Part shown: positions 10,005 through 22,876 of the stretch, in pieces
Numbering within the stretch: the stretch's first letter is position 1
How the letters are laid out: every line of letters starts with the position of its first letter
Origin: an uncultured Acidobacteriota bacterium
GTDB taxonomy: Bacteria > Acidobacteriota > Thermoanaerobaculia > Gp7-AA8
Assembly: GCA_963741955.1 (NCBI GenBank)
Contig: CAVUKB010000001.1
Span: forward strand, 320,001 to 384,000
Direction of reading: 5' to 3'
Length of the DNA: 64,000 bases
Notes under the pieces: model-generated
Database searches by the model: none
Seen by the model: the letters and a program-made list of their open reading frames with translations, nothing else
Told to the model about the DNA's origin: nothing
Program-made: the position numbers and the translations under genes

Positions 10005-11294
10005 ATGCTGAGTGAATTCAAAGACGTTTCCACCGTGAAGAAAATCGCGGAGATCGAGATTCCGGCGGACGAAGTGAAAAGTGAGCTGGACCGGGTGACG
10101 GTCGAGTTCTCCCGCCAGGCCAGGATTCCGGGCTTCCGCCCCGGCCACGTGCCACGAAACGTGGTGCGGAACCGTTTCGCCCGCGAGATCGAGGAGGAAG
10201 CGGTGCAGCGTCTTCTTCCGCGCTTCTTTCACGAGGCGCTCGAAGGGAAGGACCTCGAGACGGTCGGCAGTCCCGGCGTGAAGGAGCTGGGGAAGCTGGA
10301 AGAGGGACAGGCGCTGAAGTTCACGGCGGAGTTCGAAGTCAAGCCTCCGGTCGAGCTCGGCGACTACGGAGACATCGAGATCGAAGCCCCTTCCGTCGAA
10401 GTGGGCGACAAGGACGTGGACGAGATGATCGAACGGGTGCGGCAGCAGGGCGCTTCGTTCCGCACCGTCGACCGTCCAGCGGCGAAGGACGACTATGTTC
10501 TCGTCGACGTGACGAGCACCGCTGAGGGCGACGAGACTCCTCGCACCACGAGCGGATACACGATGCATCTCGGAGACGATGCGCCCCTCCCCGAACTGGT
10601 CGCTCTCCTGGAAGGTGCGACGGCGGGGGAGAAGCGGTCCCTCGACAAGGCCTACGACGAGGACGCACCGAACGAGGAAGTCCGCGGGAAGAGCGTTCGG
10701 TACGAAGTCGATGTGAAGGAAGTTCGGGTGCTGGAGCTTCCGGAGGTGAACGACGAGCTGGCGAAGAGCGCCGGGATCGCGGAGACCATCGAAGAAGCAC
10801 GAAGCAGAATCGCCGAGGATCTGAAGGGGCATCGGGAGCAGAGCGCGGCGCAGGCGCAGCGACGCCAGGCGAGCGACAGGCTCACGGAAATGCACCCGAT
10901 GGACGTCCCGTTGGCTTTGGTGGAGGAAGAGCTTCAGAAGTCGATGCGGAACTACGCGCGGTTCCTCTCGTCGCAGGGAGTGGAGCTGGAGCGGGCGGAC
11001 CTCGACTGGAACAAGATCGCCGAGGAATTCCGACCCGACGCGGAGAAGAGGGCGAGGCTGAACCTGGTGCTCGAAGCGATCGCGAAGAAAGAAGAGATCG
11101 TGGTGAGCGATACGGAAGTGGACGCGGAGATCCGGAAAGCGGCAGGGCCGAAGGAGTTTCCGGAGGTCAGGCACCGGCTTCGTGGCGACGGGGGATACGA
11201 AGGGTTGCGCGCATCGATGTTGCAGGAACGAGCGCTGGACCGGGTGGTCGAAAAGGCGCGGAAAGTGCCTGCCGCGGAGACGAAAGAGACATAA
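10005..11294 (+). CDS. tig: Trigger factor
   Basis: IPGFRPGHVP ribosome-binding motif; tRNA-Leu-tig-clpP synteny. Confidence 0.95.
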   Translation: MLSEFKDVSTVKKIAEIEIPADEVKSELDRVTVEFSRQARIPGFRPGHVPRNVVRNRFAREIEEEAVQRLLPRFFHEALEGKDLETVGSPGVKELGKLEEGQALKFTAEFEVKPPVELGDYGDIEIEAPSVEVGDKDVDEMIERVRQQGASFRTVDRPAAKDDYVLVDVTSTAEGDETPRTTSGYTMHLGDDAPLPELVALLEGATAGEKRSLDKAYDEDAPNEEVRGKSVRYEVDVKEVRVLELPEVNDELAKSAGIAETIEEARSRIAEDLKGHREQSAAQAQRRQASDRLTEMHPMDVPLALVEEELQKSMRNYARFLSSQGVELERADLDWNKIAEEFRPDAEKRARLNLVLEAIAKKEEIVVSDTEVDAEIRKAAGPKEFPEVRHRLRGDGGYEGLRASMLQERALDRVVEKARKVPAAETKET

Positions 11295-11368
11295 TCTGAG
11301 AGAGAGATGGGAGGAGGGCGCGACCGGAAGAGCGGCGCGTCGATCTCCTCCGAGCGGGGGTGTCCGAA

Positions 11369-11956
11369 ATGGTGTTGATTCCGATGGTCGTGGAGCAGAC
11401 GTCGCGAGGAGAGCGTGCATACGACATCTACTCCCGGCTGCTCAAAGACAACGTGATTTTCCTCGGTCAGCCGATCGACGACAACGTGTCGAACCTGGTG
11501 ATCGCGCAGATGCTCTTTCTCGAAGCGGAGAACCCGGAGAAGGACATCTGGATCTACATCAACTCTCCCGGCGGATCGATCACCTCGGGGATGGCGATCT
11601 ACGACGCGATGGAGTACGTGAAGCCTGCGGTTGCGACGATCTGTGTTGGGCAGGCGGCCTCGATGGCGGCGGTACTGCTCGCGGCGGGCGCGAAAGGGAA
11701 GCGTTACGCGCTTCCGAACTCGCGCGTACTGATTCACCAGCCGCTCATGTATGGACTCGGCGGTCAGGCGTCGGAGATCGATATTCATGCGCGCGACATC
11801 ATGAGGATGAAGCAGCGACTGAATCAGATTCTCGCCGATCACACCGGTCAGCCTATCGAGAAAATCGACAAAGATACGGACCGTGATTACATCCTTCAGG
11901 CGAGCGAGGCGGTGGAGTACGGTCTGATCGACCAGGTCATCACCCGCCGCGAATAG
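11369..11956 (+). CDS. clpP: ATP-dependent Clp protease proteolytic subunit
   Basis: DIYSRLL, YINSPGG, GQAASM, IHQP. Confidence 0.98.
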   Translation: MVLIPMVVEQTSRGERAYDIYSRLLKDNVIFLGQPIDDNVSNLVIAQMLFLEAENPEKDIWIYINSPGGSITSGMAIYDAMEYVKPAVATICVGQAASMAAVLLAAGAKGKRYALPNSRVLIHQPLMYGLGGQASEIDIHARDIMRMKQRLNQILADHTGQPIEKIDKDTDRDYILQASEAVEYGLIDQVITRRE

Positions 11957-12156
11957 AGTCCGAGCGGGCGCGACGCCACCGTCGCGCCCCTCTTTTCGCT
12001 CCATGACCGGTCGCTCGGCCAGGCCGAACGGAAAGGCGCGGAGTGGACCTCGGAATTCCACCGGTACACGCGTTTTCGCGTGAGCCTCATCACCACTTCC
12101 CAGCGGAATGAAGTTTGATACTGGTCATGTTGGAGATCAGCGGAACCGCCGGGTTC

Positions 12157-12185
12157 TTGACACGCCCGCGACCGAGTAGAACAAT
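12157..12185 (+). promoter_or_regulatory. Candidate sigma70 promoter for clpX
   Basis: TTGACA-N17-AACAAT, ending 28 nt upstream of the ATG. Confidence 0.45.
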
Positions 12186-12213
12186 GATTCAAACCAAAGG
12201 GGAAGAGCGCTAA

Positions 12214-13464
<1,251 letters not shown>

Positions 13465-13548
13465 CCCGCGCACACGACGGCCAATCAGCAGACGTGAGAC
13501 CAGACCCGTGCGGAAAGAACCGTGCGGGATCATACGATCGAATTGCAT

Positions 13549-15951
13549 ATGTCCGATTCCGAAACTCAGACCATTCAGTTGCCGCTCGTTCCGCTCCGGG
13601 ACATGGTGGTGTTCCCGTCGATGATGGCTCCATTCGTCGTCGGCAGGCGCGCCTCGATCCTCGCGCTCGAAGCGACTCTTTCGACCACCGAGAAGAGAAT
13701 CTTCCTCGCCACCCAGCGGGACCCGAAGATCGACGATCCGAAAATGGACGAGATCTACCAGGTCGGCGTGATCGCCACGGTGGTGCAGAACCTCAAGCTC
13801 CCGAACCACAATGTGAAGGTGATGGTGGAGGGAGTGGGGCGAGCGGAGATCGTCTCGTTCGCCGACTCCGACGAGGGCTTCGTCACGGTGGAGGTCCGGC
13901 CGCTCGAGGTGGACTGTCCACTCAGCTCCGAGATCACCGGATACATGAACAAACTGGTGGAGATCTTCGAGCAGTACGCGAAGATGTCCCACCATCTCGC
14001 GTACGAGGGAATCGCCTCGACTCTGAAGATGGACGATCCGGATCGCTTCGCGGATTCTCTCGCCTCGCATCTGCTGATCACCACTCCGGAGAAGCAGCAG
14101 CTGCTCGAGACGTCAAATCCCTATGAGCGGCTTCAGAAGCTGCAGGATCTGATCGAGATCGAGATCGAGAAGATCAACATCGACAAGCGCATCAACTCCA
14201 AAGTCAAAAAGCAGATGGAGCGTGCGCAGAAAGAGTACTACCTCAACGAGAAGATCAAGGCGATCCATCAGGAGCTCGGCCGCAAAGACGACCGCTCCGA
14301 CGAGATCGAGGAGTTGAAGGGAAAGATCGAATCCTCCGGAATGACCAAGGAGGCGAAAGAGAAGGCGCTGCAGGAGCTCAAGAGGCTGGAGACGATGCCC
14401 GGAGTTTCAGCCGAGGCGACCGTTTCCCGGAACTACATCGAGTGGCTCGTCGCCGTCCCGTGGACCAAGACCTCGCGTGAGATCAAGGACATCGACCGGG
14501 CGGAAAAGATCCTCAACGAGGACCACTACGGGCTGGAAAAGATCAAAGAGCGGATCCTCGAGTTCCTCGCCGTGAGACATCTGGTGAAGGGCTCCAGGGG
14601 AACCATCCTCTGTTTCGTCGGACCTCCCGGGGTGGGAAAGACTTCGCTCGCGAAGTCGATCGCCCGGGCGACCGGACGCGAGTTCGTTCGGCTCTCGCTC
14701 GGTGGCGTGCGCGACGAGGCGGAGATCCGCGGTCATCGTCGTACCTACATCGGTGCCTTTCCCGGACAGATCATCCAGAGGATGAAGAAGGCGGGGACGG
14801 TGAATCCGGTGTTCCTCCTCGACGAAGTCGACAAGATGTCGATGGATTTCCGCGGCGATCCTTCCGCGGCACTTCTCGAGGTTCTCGATCCGGAACAGAA
14901 CAACACGTTCGTCGATCACTACCTCGACGTCGAATACGACCTCTCGAAGGTGATGTTCATCGCTACGGCGAATGTGAGCCATACCATCCCGGCCCCTCTC
15001 CGTGATCGGATGGAGATCATCAACCTTTCGGGATACACGCACCTCGAGAAGCTCTCGATCGCCATACAGTTTCTCCTTTCCAAGCAGATCAAGGAGCAGG
15101 GACTGAGTGCGGAGAATGTCGATCTGACCCACGAAGCGATCGAGGAGATCATCGAGAGCTACACCCGGGAGGCGGGGGTGCGGAATCTCGAACGGGAGAT
15201 CGGATCCGTTTTCCGGAAAGTCGCCCGGATGGTGGTCAAGGAAGGAAACGAGTTCAAGATCGAGATCGAGCGGGAGAAGCTGAAAGAACTGCTCGGCAAG
15301 CCGCGCTTCCGTTCCCGCAAACGGGAAGAACAGAGCGAGATCGGAGTGGCGACGGGGCTGGCCTGGACGGAAGTCGGCGGCGAGCTGTTGAGCACCGAAG
15401 TCTCTCTCTCTCCCGGAAAAGGAAACCTGACCCTCACCGGCAAGCTCGGTGACGTGATGCAGGAGTCGGCTCGCGCCGCACTCTCTTACGTCCGCGCGCG
15501 CTCGGAAATGTTCGGGGTGGAATCCGACTTCCACGACAAAGTGGACATCCATATCCACGTTCCGGAAGGCGCGATCCCGAAAGACGGCCCGTCAGCGGGA
15601 ATCACCATGGCAACCGCGCTGCTCTCCGCGGTGACGCGTATCCCCATCCGCCAGGACGTCGCAATGACTGGAGAGATCACCCTCAGAGGGAAGGTCCTTC
15701 CGATCGGCGGCCTCAAGGAAAAGGTCCTCGCTGCGTCCCGCGCCGGAATCCATCGCATCATTCTTCCCATCGACAATGAACGGGATCTGGACGACATCCC
15801 TCAGGACGTTCGAGATCAGATGGAGTTTCACCTCGTGGAGTCGATGGACGAAGTCGTTCTGGTCGCGCTCGATGGCACGATTGTTCCATTGGCGGCCAAG
15901 GAGAAACTCTCCGAATCCGACGCCGTAGGCGGAGACGGGATGACTCACTGA
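13549..15951 (+). CDS. lon: Lon protease
   Basis: GPPGVGKTS; PKDGPSAG (catalytic Ser). Confidence 0.98.
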   Translation: MSDSETQTIQLPLVPLRDMVVFPSMMAPFVVGRRASILALEATLSTTEKRIFLATQRDPKIDDPKMDEIYQVGVIATVVQNLKLPNHNVKVMVEGVGRAEIVSFADSDEGFVTVEVRPLEVDCPLSSEITGYMNKLVEIFEQYAKMSHHLAYEGIASTLKMDDPDRFADSLASHLLITTPEKQQLLETSNPYERLQKLQDLIEIEIEKINIDKRINSKVKKQMERAQKEYYLNEKIKAIHQELGRKDDRSDEIEELKGKIESSGMTKEAKEKALQELKRLETMPGVSAEATVSRNYIEWLVAVPWTKTSREIKDIDRAEKILNEDHYGLEKIKERILEFLAVRHLVKGSRGTILCFVGPPGVGKTSLAKSIARATGREFVRLSLGGVRDEAEIRGHRRTYIGAFPGQIIQRMKKAGTVNPVFLLDEVDKMSMDFRGDPSAALLEVLDPEQNNTFVDHYLDVEYDLSKVMFIATANVSHTIPAPLRDRMEIINLSGYTHLEKLSIAIQFLLSKQIKEQGLSAENVDLTHEAIEEIIESYTREAGVRNLEREIGSVFRKVARMVVKEGNEFKIEIEREKLKELLGKPRFRSRKREEQSEIGVATGLAWTEVGGELLSTEVSLSPGKGNLTLTGKLGDVMQESARAALSYVRARSEMFGVESDFHDKVDIHIHVPEGAIPKDGPSAGITMATALLSAVTRIPIRQDVAMTGEITLRGKVLPIGGLKEKVLAASRAGIHRIILPIDNERDLDDIPQDVRDQMEFHLVESMDEVVLVALDGTIVPLAAKEKLSESDAVGGDGMTH

Positions 15952-16095
15952 CACTCAAATGTCGCGCCGCTGCGGCTCCTCCCCCGGTGGGAGGCCTGCA
16001 GTTGACAATTGTGAGACAATAACAGGCAGCCCTTCGCCGGGACCTTCAACGCAGCGAAATCCAAATTCCCCCAGCGGGAAGAATCAACCCATAAC

Positions 16096-16686
16096 TTGGA
16101 AATCCGTTCAGTAAAGCTCGAGAGAGCGGCATACAGACCGGAGGACTTTCCCCGTGACGGGCGTCCACAGTTTGCGATCGCTGGGCGATCCAACGTGGGC
16201 AAGTCGAGTTTGATCAATACGATCCTCCGGCGGCGGGATGTGGCACGAGTCAGCCAGACGCCGGGAAAGACGCAGGCGATCCATTTCTATCTGGTCAACG
16301 AGCGTTTTTACATCGTCGACCTTCCCGGTTATGGATACGCGAAAGTCTCGCGGGCCGTCTCGACCTCGTGGGGAGAGCTGGTTCGAAGCTATCTGGAGAC
16401 GTCTTCGACGCTCCGAACGATCTTTCTGCTGCTCGACTCCCGAAGGGAGCCGGGCGAGCACGATCTTCAGATGAAGGTCTGGTCCGAGGCTACCGCGACC
16501 CGGTGGGTACCGGTCCTGACCAAGGTGGACAAGCTCTCGAACAACGAGTTGGTGAAGCAGTTACGCCGGATCGCGGCGGAGTTGGAGATCGAGCCGGAGG
16601 AGTTCATCCGGTTCTCAAAGGTGACAAGGCAGGGAGTCGATCAGTTCTGGCGTGAGATCGCCACCGGATGGGACCCGGCGCAATGA
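16096..16686 (+). CDS. engB: GTP-binding protein EngB/YihA/YsxC
   Basis: [26 protein letters not shown]; follows lon. Confidence 0.96.
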   Translation: MEIRSVKLERAAYRPEDFPRDGRPQFAIAGRSNVGKSSLINTILRRRDVARVSQTPGKTQAIHFYLVNERFYIVDLPGYGYAKVSRAVSTSWGELVRSYLETSSTLRTIFLLLDSRREPGEHDLQMKVWSEATATRWVPVLTKVDKLSNNELVKQLRRIAAELEIEPEEFIRFSKVTRQGVDQFWREIATGWDPAQ

Positions 16687-16726
16687 ATTTCGCACCGCGA
16701 GCAGATCGCGGCGAGAGGTCAGGAAA

Positions 16727-18403
16727 ATGGATCAACAGCAACTGGAGAAATCGACCACCGGGGACGCACCGAGCGACGAGACCCCGGAAGTGACGACGGC
16801 AGCGGCGGAGAAGGCTCCGGAAAACGGGCAGCCAGCGGCTCGCGCGGAAAAGGCCGAGAAGAGCGAGAAGGCTCCCCGCCGGACGGCGAAGAGCGCGGCG
16901 GCGGAGAAGTCGTCCGAGAAGGCCGCCTCCGACAAGTCCGCGGAGAAGTCGTCCGACAAATCGTCCGAGAAGGCCGCCGAAAAGATCGCGGACAAACCCG
17001 TGGAGACGGAAAAAGCCGCGGAGAAGGTTGCCGACAAAGCGGCCGAGAAGCCGTCCGAGAAGCGCGCCGAAAAGGGCCGCGAGAATGGTGGCGAAAACGG
17101 CGGCGAGCGCTCCGCGCGCGGCAGGAAGGACGAGAAGCCATCGAACGGCGAGACTCTCGACATCCGGGTGCTCAAGGAGATGAAGCTGAGCGACCTGACC
17201 CGGCTGGCGAAAGAATTCGGCGTGGAGAACGCGGCGGGGATGCGCAAGCAGGATCTGATCTTCTCGATCCTTCAGGCGCAGACGGAGCGGAGCGGCTTGA
17301 TCTTCTCCGAGGGAGTGCTCGAGTGCCTCCCGGACGGATTCGGATTCCTCCGTGCCCCCGAGTACAACTACCTCCCCGGTCCGGACGACATCTACGTCTC
17401 TCCCTCCCAGATCCGCCGGTTCGATCTGCGGACCGGTGACACGGTCTCCGGCCAGGTGCGGCCACCGAAAGAAGGAGAACGCTACTTCGCGCTGATCAAG
17501 GTCGAAGCGGTCAATTTCGAGCACCCCGATGTGGCTCGGGAAAAGATTCTGTTCGACAACCTCACTCCTCTCTATCCGGAGGAGCGGATCCGGCTGGAAG
17601 TGGGGACCAACATGTCCTCGCGCGTCCTCGATCTGGTGGCGCCGATCGGGAAAGGCCAGCGCGGACTGATCGTCGCGCCGCCCCGCACCGGGAAGACGAT
17701 GCTCCTGCAGTCGATCGCCAACTCGGTCACCACCAATCACCCCGAGGTCACTCTGATCGTCCTTCTGATCGACGAGCGGCCGGAAGAAGTCACCGACATG
17801 CAGCGCTCCGTCAAGGGAGAGGTCATCTCCTCGACCTTCGACGAGCCGGCATCGCGACACGTGCAGGTCGCGGAGATGGTCATCGAGAAGGCCAAGCGTC
17901 TGGTGGAGCACAAGCGTGACGTGGTCATTCTTCTCGATTCGATCACCCGCCTGGCGCGCGCGTACAACACCGTGGTGCCGCCGTCCGGGAAGGTTCTCTC
18001 GGGTGGTGTCGATTCGAACGCCCTCCAGCGTCCGAAGCGATTCTTCGGCGCGGCCCGGAACATCGAGGAAGGGGGCTCGCTCTCGATCATCGCCACCGCC
18101 TTGATCGACACCGGATCACGCATGGACGACGTGATCTTCGAGGAGTTCAAGGGCACCGGTAACATGGAAGTGCATCTCGACCGGAAGCTCGCCGACAAGC
18201 GCGTCTTCCCCGCCATCGACATCAACCGCTCCGGAACCCGGAAAGAGGAGCTTCTGCTCGAAAAGGCGGAGCTCAATCGGATCTGGGTGCTCCGTAAGGT
18301 CTTCAGTCCGCTCTCGACGGTCGAGTCGATGGAGCTCCTTCTCGAGAAGCTCGAGAAGACTCGTTCCAATCAGGAGTTCCTCAATTCGATGAGCTCCATG
18401 TAG
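16727..18403 (+). CDS. rho: Transcription termination factor Rho with a long low-complexity N-terminal extension
   Basis: [37 protein letters not shown]; AGGA RBS before ATG at 16727. Confidence 0.97.
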   Translation: MDQQQLEKSTTGDAPSDETPEVTTAAAEKAPENGQPAARAEKAEKSEKAPRRTAKSAAAEKSSEKAASDKSAEKSSDKSSEKAAEKIADKPVETEKAAEKVADKAAEKPSEKRAEKGRENGGENGGERSARGRKDEKPSNGETLDIRVLKEMKLSDLTRLAKEFGVENAAGMRKQDLIFSILQAQTERSGLIFSEGVLECLPDGFGFLRAPEYNYLPGPDDIYVSPSQIRRFDLRTGDTVSGQVRPPKEGERYFALIKVEAVNFEHPDVAREKILFDNLTPLYPEERIRLEVGTNMSSRVLDLVAPIGKGQRGLIVAPPRTGKTMLLQSIANSVTTNHPEVTLIVLLIDERPEEVTDMQRSVKGEVISSTFDEPASRHVQVAEMVIEKAKRLVEHKRDVVILLDSITRLARAYNTVVPPSGKVLSGGVDSNALQRPKRFFGAARNIEEGGSLSIIATALIDTGSRMDDVIFEEFKGTGNMEVHLDRKLADKRVFPAIDINRSGTRKEELLLEKAELNRIWVLRKVFSPLSTVESMELLLEKLEKTRSNQEFLNSMSSM

Positions 18404-18439
18404 AGACAATGCAGAGACGATGTAGAGACGTGTAGAGAC
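18398..18439 (+). repeat. Four copies of RTGYAGAGAC (10-11 nt period) overlapping the rho stop codon
   Basis: atgtagagac a atgcagagac g atgtagagac gtgtagagac. Confidence 0.75.
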
Positions 18440-18611
18440 TTTCAGCGGCGCGACGGCTCGAGGATGCCGGTTTCTCGATGCTCGAGCCCGTTCCCAGTCG
18501 TCGGACAGGTCGGATCGTTCCGGCTTGTCCGACTTCGCGTTTCTGGAGACCGAACCGGCTCCTTCCGGCTCCGATGAAACGATTTCCCTTCCTGATACGT
18601 TTCACTGACAG

Positions 18612-21101
18612 ATGGCAAAGAAAAGAGTGATCCGCGATTTCGTCTGGCGCCACGCCGTCGGAATCGCTCTGATCGTGATGGCGATCTTCGTGGCGGGCAT
18701 CGGAGCCGTCGCGTACAACTACGTCGTCATCACCAAAAAATTCGATTCGAGCCGGCGTTGGGACGTTCCCAGCCGGATCTACTCGGATGCGACCGCGATC
18801 CTCCCGGGATTGACCTACCGCCGTTCGCTGCTCGAGCCGAAGCTCAATCAGGTCGGCTATCACGAAGTCGAATCGGAACCGTCCACGCCGGGTGAATACC
18901 GCTACACCGACGACGGGCTCGAGATCTACCTGAACAACTTCCGTTATCCGGACATGGACTTCCAGGGTCTTCCGATCCGGATCTCCCTGCATCGCGACCG
19001 GGTGGAAAAGATCACCCGGATCCAGGACGGCGTCACGCTGAGGGCCGTTCGGATCGAGCCGGAGCTGATCACGTCGATCTACGACGACGTGATGGAAGAC
19101 CGTGTGCCGATCGCACTCTCGGCGGTGCCGCAGAACCTGATCAATGCCGTTCTCGCAGGCGAGGACCGAAACTTCTTCGAGCACGAAGGGATCTCGATCC
19201 GCGGAATCGTCCGGGCAGCACTGACGAACCTGCGGAGCGGCGGCGTCAAGGCCGGAGGCTCGACCATCACCCAGCAGCTGGTGAAGAATCTCTTCCTCAC
19301 CCAGAAGCGCGACTTCTCGCGAAAGGCGCGCGAGGCGCTGATGGCCCTGATCCTCGAAGCACGCTACTCGAAAAAGGAGATTCTCGAGGCCTATCTCAAC
19401 GAGATCTACCTCGGTCAGAACGGGTCGGTGCAGGTTCTGGGTGTGGAGCGGGCAGCCCAGGTCTACTTCGGCAAACACGCGAAATACCTGACCCTCCCCG
19501 AGGCGGCCACCATCGCCGGGATCATTCCCTATCCGAACGGCTACTCGCCGTTCACCCATCCCGATCGAGCGCTGAAGCGGCGGAACCTGGTCCTCGGCGA
19601 GATGCACGATCTGAACATGATCGACGATGCCGGGTACCGGCGAGCCATCGCTGCGCCGATGAAGGTGAACCGTTTCCACAAGGCGATTCGAAGCGCGCCT
19701 TACTTCGTCGACCTGGTGATGAAACAGCTCCGCGAGACCTATCCCGACACGCAGCTCGAGACCGACGGACTCCGGATCTTCACTACGCTCGACACGATGA
19801 TGCAACGCTCCGCCGAAGATGCGCTCAGCGACGGCATCGCGAACCTGAAGAAGCGCTACTCCTTCATCCGTAAGAAGAAGGATCCTTTGCAGGGCGTCGT
19901 GCTGACCATTCAGCCGGGGACCGGCTACGTCAAGGCTCTGGTTGGTGGTACGGACTATCAGCGTAGCCAGTTCAACCGTGCGTTCCAGGCCCGGCGACAG
20001 CCGGGATCGCTCTTCAAGCCATTCGTCTATGCCGCGGCGATGAACCCGACGGAAGGAGCGAATACTCTCACTCCGTCGTCGTTCCTCGACGATTCTCCGA
20101 TCAGCGTCAAGATCGGCAATCAGGTCTGGGAGCCGCAGAATTACGACAACAGGTATCACGGACGGGTGAGCGTGAGGCAAGCGCTCGCGCACTCCTACAA
20201 CATCCCCGCCGTCCGTGCGGCGATCGATGCCGGTGTGCCGAACGTAGTCCAGATGGCCTCGAAGGCGGGCGTCCAGAGTCGTCTCGAGCCGTACCCGTCG
20301 ATCGCACTCGGAGCGTTCGAAGTGACGCCTCTCGAGATTGCTTACGCCTACAGCGTCTTCGCGAACGAAGGAGTCAAAGCCGAGCCGGTGAGCATACTGG
20401 CCGTGGCCACACGCGAAGGGAAGCTGCTGGAGAACCGCGAGGTGCGGATGAAGAGGGTGGCCCGCGCGGCGGTGACGTATGTGGTGAACAACATCCTCCA
20501 GGACGTTCTCGACTACGGGACCGCGGCGCACATCCGCGCGCTCGGCTTCGATCGTCCGTACGCCGGAAAGACCGGCACGACCAACAGCTATCGCGATGCG
20601 TGGTTCGTCGGGTATTCCCCGCGACTCCTCAGTCTCGTCTGGGTCGGTTATGACGATGGCGAGAATCTCCGCCTTGCCGGCGCGTCGGCGGCGATGCCGA
20701 TCTGGGCGGACCACATGGACCGGATCGTCGGAATGGTCCCCGAGGCCGATTTCCGCCGTCCGGACGACGTGGTGGAACGCCAGATCGACCCGGAGAGCGG
20801 AATGCTCGCGACGCCGTACTGCCCGGAGACCAGGAGTGAAGTCTACGTCGCGGGCACCGAGCCGACGCGATCCTGCGACCTCCACTCGGCGTGGGAGCCG
20901 TATCCCTGGCTTTCCGGGATGCGTCCCGACCAGCAGCCGGGTGGGGCGATCGGCGGAGAGCCGGATGTGCGGACTCCCGGCGCCCGGCAGGCGGAGGATG
21001 CACCACCTCGCGCGGACCAGCCCAATCCGGAAAAGAAAAAGAAGAAACGTGGTCTTCAGCGGTTGATCGACTGGCTTTTCAAGGACGACGGGGGCCGTTG
21101 A
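18612..21101 (+). CDS. mrcB: Class A penicillin-binding protein (PBP1b-like)
   Basis: N-terminal TM, UB2H-like region, EDRNF, GGSTITQQLVKN, SLFK, SYN, KTG. Confidence 0.88.
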   Translation: MAKKRVIRDFVWRHAVGIALIVMAIFVAGIGAVAYNYVVITKKFDSSRRWDVPSRIYSDATAILPGLTYRRSLLEPKLNQVGYHEVESEPSTPGEYRYTDDGLEIYLNNFRYPDMDFQGLPIRISLHRDRVEKITRIQDGVTLRAVRIEPELITSIYDDVMEDRVPIALSAVPQNLINAVLAGEDRNFFEHEGISIRGIVRAALTNLRSGGVKAGGSTITQQLVKNLFLTQKRDFSRKAREALMALILEARYSKKEILEAYLNEIYLGQNGSVQVLGVERAAQVYFGKHAKYLTLPEAATIAGIIPYPNGYSPFTHPDRALKRRNLVLGEMHDLNMIDDAGYRRAIAAPMKVNRFHKAIRSAPYFVDLVMKQLRETYPDTQLETDGLRIFTTLDTMMQRSAEDALSDGIANLKKRYSFIRKKKDPLQGVVLTIQPGTGYVKALVGGTDYQRSQFNRAFQARRQPGSLFKPFVYAAAMNPTEGANTLTPSSFLDDSPISVKIGNQVWEPQNYDNRYHGRVSVRQALAHSYNIPAVRAAIDAGVPNVVQMASKAGVQSRLEPYPSIALGAFEVTPLEIAYAYSVFANEGVKAEPVSILAVATREGKLLENREVRMKRVARAAVTYVVNNILQDVLDYGTAAHIRALGFDRPYAGKTGTTNSYRDAWFVGYSPRLLSLVWVGYDDGENLRLAGASAAMPIWADHMDRIVGMVPEADFRRPDDVVERQIDPESGMLATPYCPETRSEVYVAGTEPTRSCDLHSAWEPYPWLSGMRPDQQPGGAIGGEPDVRTPGARQAEDAPPRADQPNPEKKKKKRGLQRLIDWLFKDDGGR

Positions 21102-21202
21102 CGCAGAGTCGGCGCGGGATTCGCATCCGGGCTCGACCGCAGCCGCCCGGTGTGATGGAATCCCATGCACCGAACATTCTGCCGGCGCATCATGAACTGA
21201 CG

Positions 21203-21976
21203 ATGGCTTTCACGCACTTATCGGAGCGACTCGCGACCCTCTTCGTCTACGTTGGCGAGCTCTCGATCCTGACCTATCAGACGATTCGGGAGAGCTTCCG
21301 GCGACCGTTCGAAGGGAAGGCCCTGATGCAGCAGTTCGAGGTGATCGGAGTCCGATCTGCCTCGATCGTATTCTTCACTGCGCTCTTCATCGGGATGGTG
21401 CTTGCGCTGCAGACCGCGTATTCGCTCTTCAACTTCGGAGGGAAGCTGTTCATCGGACGGGTGGTGTCGATCTCGCTCGTCCGGGAACTCGCGCCGGTGC
21501 TGATGGCGCTGGTGGTCGGCGCGCGCGTGGGCGCGGGAATGACCGCGGAGATCGGTACGATGAAAGTCACCGAGCAGATCGATGCGCTGCGTGCGCTCGC
21601 GACCAGCCCGGTGCGGAAGCTGGTCGTCCCGAAAGTGCTGGCCACCACGCTGATGCTCCCTCTTCTGACGACTCTCGCCTGCGCGATCGGGATTTTCGGC
21701 GGGATGATGATCGCGGTTTTCAATCTTCATCTGAGTGCGAACTTCTATTTTCGGAGTGTGGTGACCGCGCTCCGCTACAACGATCTCGCTTCCGGGATCG
21801 GTAAGACGTTTTTCTTCGGATTCGTGATCGCGGTTCTCGCATGCCACAACGGAATGCGGACGACCGGCGGCGCAGACGGAGTGGGGAGAGCGACTACCTC
21901 GACGGTCGTCACTTCGGCGATCTCGGTGCTGGTGCTCGATTTCTTCCTCACCAAACTCTTCCTGATCGTGACGTGA
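21203..21976 (+). CDS. mlaE: MlaE family ABC permease
   Basis: RELAPV, AEIGTMKVTEQIDAL, GVGRATT. Confidence 0.92.
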   Translation: MAFTHLSERLATLFVYVGELSILTYQTIRESFRRPFEGKALMQQFEVIGVRSASIVFFTALFIGMVLALQTAYSLFNFGGKLFIGRVVSISLVRELAPVLMALVVGARVGAGMTAEIGTMKVTEQIDALRALATSPVRKLVVPKVLATTLMLPLLTTLACAIGIFGGMMIAVFNLHLSANFYFRSVVTALRYNDLASGIGKTFFFGFVIAVLACHNGMRTTGGADGVGRATTSTVVTSAISVLVLDFFLTKLFLIVT

Positions 21977-22818
21977 TGACGGAGCTGGCCGGGACGACGA
22001 CTGATTCGACGACCTCCGCGCCTCTCGAGGCGGGTCGGGAAGTCTTCGTCGAGTTCATCGACGTGCACAAGTCGTACGGGCGAAAGTCGGTCCTGCGCGG
22101 CGCGAATCTGAAGGTCTACCGGGGTGAAGTGCTGGTGATTCTCGGGGGTTCGGGCAGCGGAAAGTCGGTTACTCTCCGTCACATTCTCGGACTCGAACAT
22201 CCGGACGAGGGAGAGATCATCGTCGATGGCGAGGAGATCACCGGACTGCGCGAGGAGGATCTCTTCCGCGTCCGGATGAAATTCGGCATGCTCTTCCAGA
22301 GCGGAGCGCTCTTCGATTCCATGAGCGTCCTGGAAAACATCGCGTTTCCTCTTCGCGCACACACCGACGCAACGGAAGACGACATCCGTCGCATCGTCGG
22401 AGAAAAGCTGGCGCTGGTGGATCTCGCAGGAACCGAGGCCCTGATGCCGGTCGACCTCTCCGGAGGAATGCGGAAGAGGGTCGGCTTGGCGCGGTCGATC
22501 GTGATGGAACCCGAAGCGATTCTCTACGACGAACCAACTACGGGCCTCGATCCGATCACCGCCGAGACGATCAACGAGCTGATGGTCGGGCTCCAGACGA
22601 AACTTCACGTGACGTCGGTCGTCGTGACTCACGACATCCAATCGGCATTCTTCGTCGGCGATCGGATCGCGTTCCTGAACGACGGCGTCTTCGAATGGGT
22701 TGGAACGATGGACGAGGCGCGCGACTCCGATCATCCGGAGCTGCGCGCGTTCTTCAAATCGTCGAACGTGTCGGCGGCCCAGCCGACGACTGAGCGGCGG
22801 AGACGCCGCGAGGACTAA
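21976..22818 (+). CDS. mlaF: MlaF family ABC ATPase
   Basis: GGSGSGKS, FQSGALFDS, LSGGMRKRV, YDEPTTGLDP. Confidence 0.92.
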   Translation: MTELAGTTTDSTTSAPLEAGREVFVEFIDVHKSYGRKSVLRGANLKVYRGEVLVILGGSGSGKSVTLRHILGLEHPDEGEIIVDGEEITGLREEDLFRVRMKFGMLFQSGALFDSMSVLENIAFPLRAHTDATEDDIRRIVGEKLALVDLAGTEALMPVDLSGGMRKRVGLARSIVMEPEAILYDEPTTGLDPITAETINELMVGLQTKLHVTSVVVTHDIQSAFFVGDRIAFLNDGVFEWVGTMDEARDSDHPELRAFFKSSNVSAAQPTTERRRRRED

Positions 22819-22876
22819 TGTCCGGGCGCCTCAGGTTCTCCGGAAAGTGGCGCAGTGCCGGGCTCGAGAAGAAGAG

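Noticed and set aside
16007-16024. lac operator / vector contamination (AATTGTGAG...ATAACA)
   Set aside because: The central bases differ from lacO and there is no flanking vector sequence.
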